The position numbers and the translations under genes are program-made. Below the pieces are notes generated by a model. The model saw nothing but the letters and a program-made list of their open reading frames with translations. It was not told the DNA's origin and made no database searches. Of a stretch of 64,000 nt of DNA, positions 1-13,000 are shown piece by piece; positions within the stretch are counted from its first letter, which is position 1, and every line of letters begins with the position of its first letter. The DNA comes from Lytechinus pictus (lineage: Eukaryota): positions 32,304,001-32,368,000 of the forward strand of contig NC_087245.1 of NCBI RefSeq assembly GCF_037042905.1, in the 5' to 3' direction.

Positions 1-2716
1 GAATAAAAACATAATATTTAGTATTTTAGAAATATCATCAATCGAAAATCAACAAATATGCTATGATCAATTGTAATTTGAATATTTGATTCAATTCTAT
101 TGCAGCTCTTTGTAAGATGGGTCGCTGGCCTTTCTTTTTGAAAACCACAGAATGCTATATCATATCAGGAAAGCTTAAGCAACATCTTCACTTGAACAGT
201 GTAAGTGCTTATCCTAATGAGACTAAAGGTCATTTGAGAAAAACTGCTCATTAGCATGACCCCAAACTGACAAAACCTTTAAGGTGAAAAAAGAAAGAAT
301 TCGAGCCTGTAACACATTTTTTTTCCAAATTTCTTAGCAATCTTGACACATCCTCTAATTATGTCATTTTTCCCCCCTGATTTCTATATATTGATGTTCT
401 CTCTGTGGAATGTGAAGTAAACACCTCTGATGCTGACATGGGGCTGGCCTGGTAATCATCTTCAATAATATAACATCCTAATGCCGCCCAAGCCAATAGG
501 ATGTCGTACATCCACTTGAATAATAAAGAAGTTCATCACCTAACGAGCCCCAGACATAAAACTGATCAATCCGCTGCTTCATGAATAAGAGAGAAATGTC
601 AGAAATGTTAACTATGTAGCCTGGCTAACAGCTTTTCAGGAGTGACGTGTAATGTGTCAAAAATGGTTGCCGACAGACATTGCCCAGACACCGACAATTG
701 ATATCCCAAAATGTTCTCTCCACACAATTCTGAGTCACCAAGCTTCTTCTAGGAGACTTTGTGTTCAGAGGGAGAAAGGCTGTACGTTAAAAGAGACACA
801 CGTTGAAAATAATTCTAGCTTACTTTGGTATAGATTGAAACGAAACTGTCTGTAGAAGCGAATTACTGTATTAAAGGAGATCAAATACGTTAAAACCAAA
901 TTAATGTTTCTTGAAATAAGTTGTAGAAAGTGAGGCCCCAAATCTTCCTTCCCGATTTTGGGAAGAATTGGTTGCAGAGCTACAGTGACATCACAGAAGG
1001 CAGATTATTCTTGAATAGTCAATATTAAACAAATCTTGAAATATCTTACTTCAGTTTAGGGGTGGCTCCAGGACTTACCAAAAGGGAGGGGCATTTTGTA
1101 CCAGAAAATTCTGGCAACCCCCCCAAAAAAAAGTTATCCACTACCAAAACATGACATATGCCCCTATTTTTTTTTTGCCTCTCAAAAAAAGGGGGGGGGG
1201 GCACAGGCCAGAAAGCCCCCACCCTGATCCGCCACTGCTTGAGATTCTTAAGGTGACGATACCAATGAGCTGATAAAAAGATCAATTATTTTAGTAAGAT
1301 TACTTTCATTTGCTACTGAAATGTACAAACTGTGTAAGAGGGCGTGCTGACAGAGATAAGATTCTATATAAAATGGAACTGGGAAAAAAGGGAGACAAAT
1401 TGTGAGTCCATGGACACATTTATACTACATCTGTCATGCAGAAACCAATGGGGAAACTGAGATACATCATACATGCACATGTATAACTTGACCTATAACC
1501 TGCCTATTCTAACTTCTGAATTGGATTTTTTGTGTACAAAGTCAATGGGACATGATGTACCTTTGCAGAGGTATAGTGGGGGAAAGTTTTAAAATGCTGA
1601 TTGTCCAATCACATACTTTATAAAATAGATACTGAATAAAAAATGAAATTCAAATATTAAATACTTGTCCCGTTATGCAAAGAAAGTCATGACATCATCA
1701 TGGTTCATGAACTCACAAAGAATTAAAAATTTGATATGGTTAATGGCATCATGAGTTTATTTTCCTCAACTGTGGACATTTCTTTATCAATGCATATAAT
1801 GAGTATTTGATAGCCACATAAGGGGTTTTGTCTCACCATGTTTCAACAAAATAATTATAAAAAAAATAATATCTTAGGTAGCTTTCATGAAACTGACAAT
1901 TGTTACAAGCTACTATAAACCCTTTCATCTGATTAGCTGAGAACAACTTTTCATGAACCCCCACCGAATGAAGCTCATTTCTTCACAAAAGACAGATGAT
2001 AGACCTGCATGTGTATATTACCGATTTATGATATGCTCTCATTGTCTTTATTTCTTCTTTAATATGCTTTACCTATGTAAGAAATTCCACAATCGACAAC
2101 ATAACAATCTGTTTTGTTCTCCATGAGAAAAATATGACAGATTGGCTGCACGGTGCACACATCAAATTCTGGGAAATATAAATTTCTTCATATAATCATA
2201 GCTGTCTCATATGCCGTTTGCACAGAAATCAATAAAATGGCTGGGGAACAGTAAAAATTGAGTTGTTGCTAAGCAGAGAGATAATGAAATTATCGTTATT
2301 GAATTAGCTTTTCAATCTCCTCCATCTCGGAGTAGAAATCAATTGTTTGATTTAATTCATAATTCATGGCATTGATCCATGTGGGCTGTACTAGATATTG
2401 TCTTGCAAATCAATTAGAGAGAAAACAAAAATCCAAATCAGTATTTGTTTATTCTCCAAGGATATGATAAATCTCAAAGTAGAGTATGACAGATTCTGTT
2501 TTCATAAAATGAAATGAATTGATAAAAACCCCTCCCAAATGACAATATGAAGAGGAGGAACAAGAAGTCTAATTAAGCTCTTGAAAAGGAAAATGGTAGA
2601 TGGGGAGATATAGAAACAGATAGTGAGAGAGAGAGAGAGAGGGGGGCAGACAAACTCTTACACATGTATAGAAAAGACTGAGAAAGTGACAGAGAGCATT
2701 CAAGGAGAGAGAGAGA

Positions 2717-5028
2717 CAAGGGCGCCAGAAGGGGGGGGGCAGGGGGGGCACTTGCCCCCCCAAATAAAATTTTTGGGGGGCAAAACAAGATTTTGCCCCC
2801 CCAATGTGCCCCCCAAAAGTAGAAAACTGATAAATTATTTAAGGACAAAAGTAAACGATGAAGGCACTTTTCTGCCTAAAAATTGTCATTTCCATTGTCA
2901 AAATGAAAAAATTTCGCCCCTGACGGGGCAATTACATATCATAGTACTAAGCCTCGCGTCTTTTGACGAACATGTCCCTCTGTGAAACATACCTTTCATA
3001 AGCCCCTTTTCCATCTTATTACAGCGTGATAACGTTTAACCTTTTAATGAATACATTTCAGACTAAAACCAAATGGCAAATTGAAAGTTGTACACCAATG
3101 CATGTTGGCTAACAAACGCGCAGTCGCCCAGAAATGCTCAGACCGGACCCGATATCACTAACGCGCGTTTACTCGAACACTAGTTACTCGAGCAACTATT
3201 ATGGAATCTATGTCATAGCTGTCAAGCCCAGAAACCATGCATAACATCTCAAGGTCGTCAATATCTCATATACTTGTTGCCTATGTAAGTCATCCCTGAA
3301 ATTGTAAGTATAGATTAATAAAGATATAGATTTAAATTATTTAAATTATTATTTCATTTTCAACTAAATATAAATTGAGTTAATACAATGATAACAAGTC
3401 AGTGCCCTAAAGAAAATACCAAGGTCATTTCAACTCAATATAGACATGTTATCAGTTATGTGTAGAGGATTATAATTTATAATTTGTGAAAATGGTGAAT
3501 CCCACTCGAAAGCAACTTAGAGATAATGTTTAATAAAATCATCTGTGAAAGTGTTTCCTTGATCCGAATCATATTATCCGAGATATGAATTAAAATGTAA
3601 ATAAAGAATATAAAAGAAAAATAAGCGTTACAGTACTGCTCTACTATTTTCATAGCCCCGTATTTTCCTTGATTCCTTTTCATTGGCATGATTGGCAGGC
3701 GTTTTGTCTGATACTATTTCAGCTCATATGATATAGCACTTTTGTATTTCAGATTCCAAGACTCCTTCCCATTACCTGTTACTAATCAGATCGAGAGGCA
3801 GCTATGTTCTCTGGTTTATCCCAGCTTTTGTTATTCATGGATGTATGCAAAAATCTAAAAAAATCCGGGGGTGGGTGGGGCTGCAAGACCTAAATTTTCG
3901 AAGATACTTAAGAGCGAGGGGTTTGTGATAGGGGAGCTTTTGCATTTTCTAGAATAAAATTAAAGGATTTCGTGCACACTTTTGGTGAATTTTGTGAATT
4001 TTTGCTCTCTCGATCGGCGGCCCCCGGCTGCGTACGATCATGTTTGCCATCTCAAAGTCTTTAAAAGGCCTATATTACTTTGGTTTGAAACAATTTCGTT
4101 TGCCAGGCTCGTCATTTGCTGGAACTGCGACCCTGATCATGAAGAAACACCAGTCTGGGTCAATAGGGAGGAAACAAAACTAGTTATGGTCACATTTTCC
4201 CCAGAAAATATGTAAAGAAAAAAGAAGATTTTGAAAGAGTCATCAAAAAGTGCTTCCCAGCCATACAAAACATGCAAAAGGAAACACATAAATCGAGTAA
4301 TGTTTTAAACTTTAATGATTTTCAGAAAAGTTTTAAATAGACAATTAAGCTTGTCATATTTCTTTTTCCTCAAGTTACAAAATATGAAACGTATTGCCCA
4401 TGCATGGATAATCAGGGACTATCTCCAATGCTGATGTCAGAAATGATTTGCATAGAATGGGGATTTAAGTGCTTATCGACGTCTGCCACGTCAGAACAGT
4501 ATGACATTTTGAATTTGAAAAGACATTCATTAGAATTTCTTTTGTTTCTGTTGTTACGCTTCTTCTGCTTACTCCTTGTTCTGACAAGAATTACTTGAAA
4601 CTTATGATGATTGTGCTCTCTCGCGTCGTCCGTGTATGTAAATGTACATAAATAAATGTTTCTGAAAGGATATTGCATGAAAAATGTAATTTCTGGTATT
4701 TTGAGTCAATATAAGCGTAATACGTAAGTTAATTGATCAGACATGAAAACCACATTCCGAAGCGATCGTTTTGCGCGTAGATTTCATAGGTTCTCATAAA
4801 TTATGAGTATAGTCTTTTGTAGTGAATTCTATGTATAATTCTCAAGAAATTTATTTTTGAATGCTCTTAGAAACGCAACTTTTATACTCCATTTTTACAC
4901 AAAGTCCTTACCGTGGGGGGTCCCACACCCTCTCCCGCTCGATCGCTTCGGTATCTCATGCTGTCAAAAATATTGTGCCCCCTTCGGGATTTTGCCCCCC
5001 AAAAACTGAAAGTGTTCCGGCGCGCCTG
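2717..5028. mobile_element. Non-autonomous hAT-like element
   Basis: Imperfect TIRs caagggcgccagaa / ttccggcgcgcctg with G/C-run subtermini. 8-bp flanking repeat gagagaga on both sides (low complexity). Confidence 0.65.
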
Positions 5029-7098
5029 GAGAGAGATACTAGTAATAGCAGAAAGAAAGCTGAATTAAAGGAACGACAATAACAAAGAGCAGATAAATAA
5101 AGAGGAGAGAGATAATTGTGAGAATAGACAGAGAACGGTGGGGATTGGCAGAAACAGTTAGTGAGGTATTACTACATCTTGTTAATATTGACAAAAACCA
5201 TAACTATGTATACTACATGTAAAGGAAATATACATTCAATGCTCTCTTCTACCCCCATTCAATTGATCTAGGGTCAACTTCAGAAACATATTATAATTAA
5301 AAAAAAGAATTGTAAAAACAAAATAAAGCTACTGAATACATTTAATTTGATTGGCTAACAGTAAACTTGTTTTAGAAATTGTCCATTTGGTATTATCATA
5401 AGTTTTTATGAAACGGGACCAAGGTGCTTCCATCTTGATTGGAGTTGTACATTTGACCGTACATTGCACAGTGAACACTTCAGTACATAAATACTTTGGA
5501 CATCAAATGACCATGGACTGACCATACAATGAATGCATTTCAAATCAATATAATTAATGTGAAAAGAATGATATTAAAAGTTTATGTTCAGCAGATCCAT
5601 GACCTTGCTTATAAACACTAATCATTAAACCACAATGTGGTATTCGAAGCTGGCTTGAACAATGACTTGACCAATATTGTGACCTTTGACCTCTGTGACC
5701 ATCATTTATTGATCAAGTATCTCTAAGCTCTCCTCCAGATTTAATGATGTAGGATAATCATGGATTTTACAAAAAGTTGGAGTGTATCTGTAGCAGTGCG
5801 ATTTGTGCTGGCCACATTTTATTTATTTATTTTTTTTTTTTTTGGGGGGGGGGGAGAGTTCCCATATGAAATATGTCTAGCAGTGTGTAATGATAACAAT
5901 AATGATTAATACTACTAATAATATGATGATGATGACGATAAAAATAATAAATAATAATAACAATATTAAAACAAAATAATTGATACACATTTAGTGAACA
6001 TGTGAATTTCAATTATAAAAACAATATTGAATCAAGGGAAAGTAATAAGGGAAATCTCGAACAAATAGAATACTCTTGATATTGTGGGATTATAATCAGA
6101 AACTAACTGAAATGTGAAACCTTTCAGTAATGCACATACATGCATGACTGATGCAGGCATAAGAAGTGACTTATCACTTGATCTACTATAGACACACTAG
6201 GACCACTGCTTGGTCTCATGTCATATGATCTTATACCAGATGACCAGCAACCCAAAACCAACAATAATAGCAAGAATATTTTGGTCTTCAAAAAGTACAA
6301 ATTAGAAAATTAGCTTATCTGAAAGAGTACCTCTTTTTCTTCATACTGCCAAAATTTGAAGTGGTAAGTAATCAAAAGATGAGATACAGGATTTCTAAAA
6401 AGTGTTTTTTTTTCTGGACAGCTTGGAAGTTTCATAGAGATTGCACAGAGGGTATATATCATGAATAAGTGAACCCAGAATCTTGTTTTCTCCTTATTCA
6501 TTGAACCTTTCACTGAATTTCTTCTACAAGTGTGGGTTATTATTAATTGATTTTGACAAGTTATGTAATTTAAAGCTTAGGAAGTGCTGATTCAAGCTCA
6601 ATAAAAAAATGCAATATTAATTTTGAGGGAATTATTATACTATCATTGTTTTTATAAGTTTGACACAGCAGTATCCACCATACTGTATCCAACAAGAAAT
6701 GTAATCAATGGCTCGAAGTGCTGAAAGACAAATACCGCCCTCTGTAGTCAATTTTGATCAATACCTTCATTGATCTTTGTATTATCTGCAATTCTACATG
6801 CATGTCTTTGCATACACACAACACAAAAAGTGAATTCCTATATAGTAAAATAATTTGCCGTTGAATTTAAGAATTATATCATCACTGGAGACCTTCAAAT
6901 CCAAACTGAAGTCTTATCTTTTTTAACAGTATTTAGTTATTGGCACTTCGACACTCATCCGAACTATCTCATTCTTTCTTTTCTTGTGCGCCTCGGAATA
7001 GAATATTTCTAGATAGATGGCGCTATATATGCCTCTTATTATTATAGCATTTGAACGAGAGAGCAGAATAACAAGGTATAAATGTGCATACCTCTTTA

Positions 7099-7989
7099 AG
7101 GGCCTGCTCACACCACCCAAACTTTGGTGGAGCGTTCCTTGAACGGTAGGGAGAGGGAGCCGAATTTCGACAACGCTCGTCACCTTGCACAAAATGGGAA
7201 AAAAAAAATCGAAAACAAGGGCGTTGCCTTAGCGGTGCACCGCTGAAGCCGGCGTAGCTTTAGCGTTGGTTTAGTGGTAGCAAGCGTTTAGCATTTAGCG
7301 GTGACGCGAGCGTTGATAGAGCGGTGTTCTGCGCATGTGGGCGTTGGCTCGGCGGGGTTTAAAGTTGGTTTAGCGGCATACCGCTTTTGACTACAGAGCT
7401 GAACGGATCGCTTTGATAGAAGTTCTAACAGATTCCAAATGGGCTCCTGGTCCATTTCTCCCCGTATTTATAGTCAAATGCTAGCCCCGCTCCGACACCT
7501 CCATACCAACGCCAAACCAAAGTTCATCACCGCAATGGATCGCTGCTTCAACGCCTCCACACCGATCCAGCAATCCCGTGTCCGCTCGTAAAATGCTTAC
7601 TACTGCTCCACCAAAGTTTGTGCAACGTTTAATCACCGCTCGGGCAAAGCTGGTGAAGCAGCGTTGGTCCAGTGTTCAAGATTTCTGCGTTGGCTTAGCG
7701 GACCAAAGCGTCCATGAACTTGCATCTAGCGGTGCCAAACTTTGAATGGGCGTTGTTGGAGCCGTGGTGAACTTTGCCGGAGTGGAAAATTGCCTGCTCC
7801 TCAACGCTCGCAATATTTTGTGCAGCTCAAAACTTTTGGAGCGGTCGGAGGGACCATCAGCGATAGCCAAGTATATACGACGTTGCCTTAACAGGTGCCA
7901 AATTCTGTTAAACGGTAACGAGCAGTGATGACTTTTTATCACCGCTCCAGGAATGCTCAGGCAAATTTCTTGCGGTGTGACCAGGCCTT
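7099..7989. mobile_element. PIF/Harbinger-like non-autonomous element
   Basis: TIRs ggcctgctcacacc / ggtgtgaccaggcc in a TTA/TAA context. The interior is GC-rich and non-coding. Confidence 0.65.
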
Positions 7990-8324
7990 ATGCAAAATGT
8001 ATTTGATTCATTAAGTCAAGCATGTGTAAAAGCACATATTTAAAGGCATAATTGTCTCTTTCAAAAGTTCACTGCAGACATTTTTATACCATTAATTCAG
8101 CATTACCTGTCAATTTCAAAGCTGGACAAAGTTTAATAAATATTTTTTTTCCGGGCTGGTTACAATTTAAGATCACCAACTTAAAGTTGTTATAATGTAC
8201 AATTTTAATTGGATCCTATGAAAATTTACAGGGCACATTCGGGCATCACTCTCTAATGTATTTTTTTTCTTCAGTCTTAATAACTGCTAACTCAACCATG
8301 ATATCAAATTCAAAATTACTTCTT

Positions 8325-8638
8325 TGGCCCGTATTCTGAAGTCGGGTTTAACTTAAACTCAGGTTTAAAGTTGTGGTTTAAGTATGGATAGCCAATTGTT
8401 ACATAAATCACTAACAGTAGAGATATCATATTTCAGCTCATTTGGCTCTCAAAACATTCATAATTGTCTAGGAAGTATAAATGGATGATTGTCTTCACCA
8501 TCGATGAATCAAGAAAGAGCACAGTAAACATAAGAAACATACAACTTAATAAAAAATTTTGACACTTTTGGCTTCCCATGATTTTAGCACAGAGTTAGAC
8601 CATGGTCTAAATTAAACCTGACTTCAGAATAAAGGCCA
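8325..8638. mobile_element. MITE (Harbinger/Tourist-like)
   Basis: TIRs tggcccgtattctgaagtcgggtttaa / ttaaacctgacttcagaataaaggcca. Confidence 0.7.
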
Positions 8639-9246
8639 TAGTGTCTGGGTTGATCATGAATTCCTTTTCTGTTTACAGATCTAAATGGAGTTTAGCTATT
8701 GAAAATAAGGCAGAATATCGGAGCCCCCTCCCCCACAAAACTGTGTCTATTTATCTGTGTAAAACATGTATCCTGATAGGGTTTAGTAATGTTTAAATAC
8801 CAAGCAGGGGCAGCTAACACAGAAAGGGGGGGGGGGGACTTAGTGGCTTTAGCCCCTAATTTTTTCATAACTATACAAAAAGGTGAAAATGACCATTGAA
8901 TTGTAATTTTGTGTATGTTAACTCCCTCCCCCTGTCAAAATTGTTTTGTGGCCCCTGCCCAGCACTTTAACACTCACCAGACAAATTTGAGAAAATAATT
9001 CAAAAATGCTTAAATTTTGCTGTTAATGAATGACTCATGCATGACTTACATGTAAAGGGTAAATTTTATTTTCATCAAGTGTAGGAATACTTCTAACATC
9101 ATCCTTTGCTAAAATACCTTTCGCTATCTTTTATTTTTCATTTAGGGGGAACTTACTTATTTGTGGCAGAGTCATACCAAAGACTTATTAATGGGACCTT
9201 TTGTCTTCGTGTTATTAAGGCTATTAACATTTCAGAAAGGAGAAGG

Positions 9247-9872
9247 TAATAATGATAATAATAATACACTTCATTTATATAGCGCCTTTTCATCAGATAC
9301 AAAGCGCATCAAAGAAAGAAAGAATAACAGAAACACAAATAGGGAGTATAAAACATAAGAATAATAACTACAAAATTATGAACATAATATGGAAACCGTA
9401 CAGAAAATTAGAATAGGTAAGTTTTGAGACATTTCTTAAATGAGGAAAGTGTTGGGGAAGTCTTAAGTGAAGGCGGCAAGGAGTTCCATATTTTGGGGAC
9501 AATGGTAGAAAAGGCCCTATCACCTATTGGTTTAGCAGTACGAGGCACAAGAGTATTACTAGTCGCCGAGCGTGTGTTGTATTTGGATGTCTGTGCAAAG
9601 AGAAGATCAGCTAAGTAAGTTGGGGCTTGATTGTTAACACATTTATAAGTTAGAGTTAAGGTCATATGTTTGATACGATCATTAACATGGAGCCAATGGA
9701 GATCATTTATAAGAGGAGAGACATGGTCATACTTTGATTTACAGTGTATAAGCTTTGCTGCTTTATTTTGAAGGAGTTAAAGAGAGCTAAGGTCTTTAAG
9801 AGATATGCCATCGAGAAGTGAGTTACAATAATCTAAACGTGATAGGACTAGTGATCTTACAGCTGCATGACA
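9247..9872 (-). mobile_element. L2-clade LINE 3' fragment with (TAT)n tail
   Basis: On the minus strand: RLDYCNSLL, DLHWLHV, APTYLADLL, GDRAFS..P KIWNSLP..FKKCLKTYLF, then a 3' tail gcgctatataaat...tattattatt. Confidence 0.85.
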
Positions 9873-10048
9873 GGAATAATAATATTATGTTATACGGAGC
9901 CTGCTGAGGTGAACAGTTCATAAGAGTTAAAGTGGCTACGCTGGGTAAATGAGAATTATTACAGGCAATTATCCCGCTATTATCAAAAGGTTAAAATGTG
10001 AAGATTGTTAAAACTTACAAGAATTATGCAAGAGTGGAGACTTGGAAT

Positions 10049-13000
10049 TCATAATTTGCTCTTGAAGTCATCATAGGAGCCCTTCCTACCCTGTCCATCG
10101 GCAAATCGTCCAGCTCCTTTTACCGATTCCTTAGCGAGGACACCGATACCTGATCCACATTAGAGGAGGAAACAGAATGGAAAGGGTAGAAAAATTATGA
10201 TTATTATCATTATCATCATCAACATTGTTATGATTATCATTATCACTTTTATTTGTTTGGCATCACCTGTGCTTTGGAAGCCAAAAGCAAACTGAATCTC
10301 CTCCTGATGGGAGTTTGCAGCAATTGCCAAGTTATGCGTAATAAGGACTTTGTAACGGACAGACGGACAACGGACTGATGCCATTTGGACCCCTAAAGGC
10401 CCTTTACAATTGATCCCTGATCAGTTTGTGACCACTTGCAACAGTTTTTTCCTGGTGTTGCACAATCGATCACTACGTGCCTTGCAAGCTCTCGTAATCA
10501 CTGTGGGCCATCGCACGAACCCAAAATGATTGTGACAGGTTGCATTAGATGCGATCGAGTCACTCGCATCAGATTGTACTACTAGTCGTGCGATTGTTGC
10601 AGGTCTAGATGCGAGAGTTGGCAAGACTATGTAGTTGGCTGGAGGTCGTGCAACACTTTCATGTGCGTTAGCGACCTATGAAGACCGGTCTTGTGACGGG
10701 TACAATGATATTTTGACAATGAGACTGTTGCTCGATTGATCGCAACACAGCTTAGAACTGGGTACAGTACCTGGAGAAATAGTGAAGTTTTAATGACAAC
10801 CAAATGGTGGGTGGCAGTGTGGCAAGCAGAGAGGGAAAGAAAGTTTGTGTATATTTGAAGCATTACTATGACAATTTTGGCATCGTCCAGTGGCAGCAAA
10901 ATATGATATGACTTTAAAGTTATGACCTAAAGTTTGTACTAGAAACTTTGGAAGACCACAAGACGATTATTTAGAAAGTTCAGGATTTCTAGAATTATAG
11001 CTAAAATGATTCGTAAAACATTTAAATTTGTAGTATTAAGGCGATTTTTGAAAGAATCTTGGCAAATAATTTGTTTTCAAATAAAAATTAGAGACAAATC
11101 AAGCCTCTAAAATGTAAATTTTCACCGTACGGTAGCCTCCTAGGCGCCCGTATCTATCAGTCTTGATTTTCCTTGGAACATGGTGGTGTGGGAAGTCCCA
11201 TAACCGGCTCTCCGTTTTACATTGAAATCAAACTGATATATAATCATTCATAATCCTTTCATAATAACAATTCTTGTTGTAAGATTTATATTTTGTTTGC
11301 ATATTAATACTACATACAGTATTCATGAATATTAGTAGTGAATTTCAGCCAGTTTTAGATATGAGAATGTTAAAAAAAAAGCAATGGCGTGATTGACATT
11401 GATGATTGAGTCGGTGACTGAATTTGAAATTGAATAGAGTAAACACATCGCACTGACTACGCAATCTATTTCAGTGTGATTTTGATATTCAATAGTCTTT
11501 CCTCTGTACTTTTGTGTTAAATGCTACGTCATTGAAGGCATTTTCGGGCCCGAAATACCTGCTCATGCCAGGCCCCCTCACACTCAGCTCACATGCAAGG
11601 CTGGGGGGGGGGGGGGTGGCGTTAAGTCTGAAGCAATTTCCGATAAATTCTTTGAAAAACATATCTGCACTTATCAAAGTGTACATCTATTTTATGTATA
11701 ATTTAAAAAAGAGATCTTTGACACAGTGCGTTTCTTTCTCCTTTCCCCCATTCTCTCCCTCTTTCATAAAAATGCATGGGGCCTAAGGCAAGCTAAGGCA
11801 GGGGGGGGGGGGGGGTTAAGGGCCCTTCTTCAAGATAGATCCATTCGGGAAAGGAAACCTAGTCTTAACCCCACTGACCTCACACATGTATTTTCTCACT
11901 GATATCATGCACTTCGAGTCTTAATCAACATGACTTCACCAAACATTAAACAAATGCAAAGAGATTGATCTGGATACAATATTTGGTGTCATTAAGGTTG
12001 TCGCACCATCCTCTGATTAAGTCATTTTTTGTTTAATAGCTTCATAAGCATTCTGTTCACGCTCTTGTTGTAAGGTTTGCATATATGTATGTGTTGATTG
12101 GTAGATTTTCGGTAATTATGGTCATGCATGGCTTACTTCCGGTGTGTTTTGTTGAGGTGAATGTTGATTGGTTGTAATTTTTTGTTTCCCTTCCATACCC
12201 TATCCTTTTCTTGTTATGGAGTTCTTCCCAAGCTTTCTAGAAAGGCAGATCATGCAAAACTTAACTAGTAGGCTTGATTGACGACATGCAAAAAGTTTTG
12301 GACAAAAGAAGGCAAATCAATCTTTTAATAATCATGGATTTCAAGAAGGCCTTCGATGTAGTCCCTCACAATTGACTGCTTCGTAAGCTCAACCGTCTTG
12401 GTATCCGTATTTTCTTAAAAAAACACCTTCAGCGGGTACTCTTGGAAGGGATTTCATCAGATCCATTCCCTGTGAAGTCAGGCGTCCCGCAAGGCACGGT
12501 GTTGGGTCCGTTACTATTTCTCACCTATGCCAACAACTTACCTAGGAACATCTCATCTAGAATACGCCTGTTCGTGGATGACTGCATCCTATACTGTCAG
12601 ACTGAAACCCCTTCTGAACAACTCTTACTCCAAGCCGATATTGATAAGCTACCAGACAAGGAACATCAATGGCATATGGGCTACAACATCTCCAAATGTT
12701 TCATCATGACTGTTACTCACAAGACAAGACCACTTTGGCTTAGCTATTCCATGGGAAGTAACTTGCTAAGTAAAGTTGACCATCATCCATATCTTGGCAT
12801 CGAGTTAGCATCGGACTTTTCCTGGACCTTTCCTGGACCATGCACATACCTGTAAACCAAATAACCAACAAAGCCTACCGTCAGCTTGGCCTTCTAAAAA
12901 GATATCTGTACGGCTGTGATACACAAACGAAAGCCATAGCTAGTACGTCCTCTCCTGGAATATTGTCATGCTGTCTGGGATCCTTGCCAGCAACAAACAA

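Noticed and set aside
151..200. Possible + strand exon (cag|...|gtaagt)
   Set aside because: Splice signals look good, but there is no recognisable peptide or downstream partner exon. It cannot be supported from this window.
11722..11728. CACAGTG RSS heptamer near the RAG1-like relic
   Set aside because: No nonamer at 12/23 spacing and no matching inverted partner; expected by chance.
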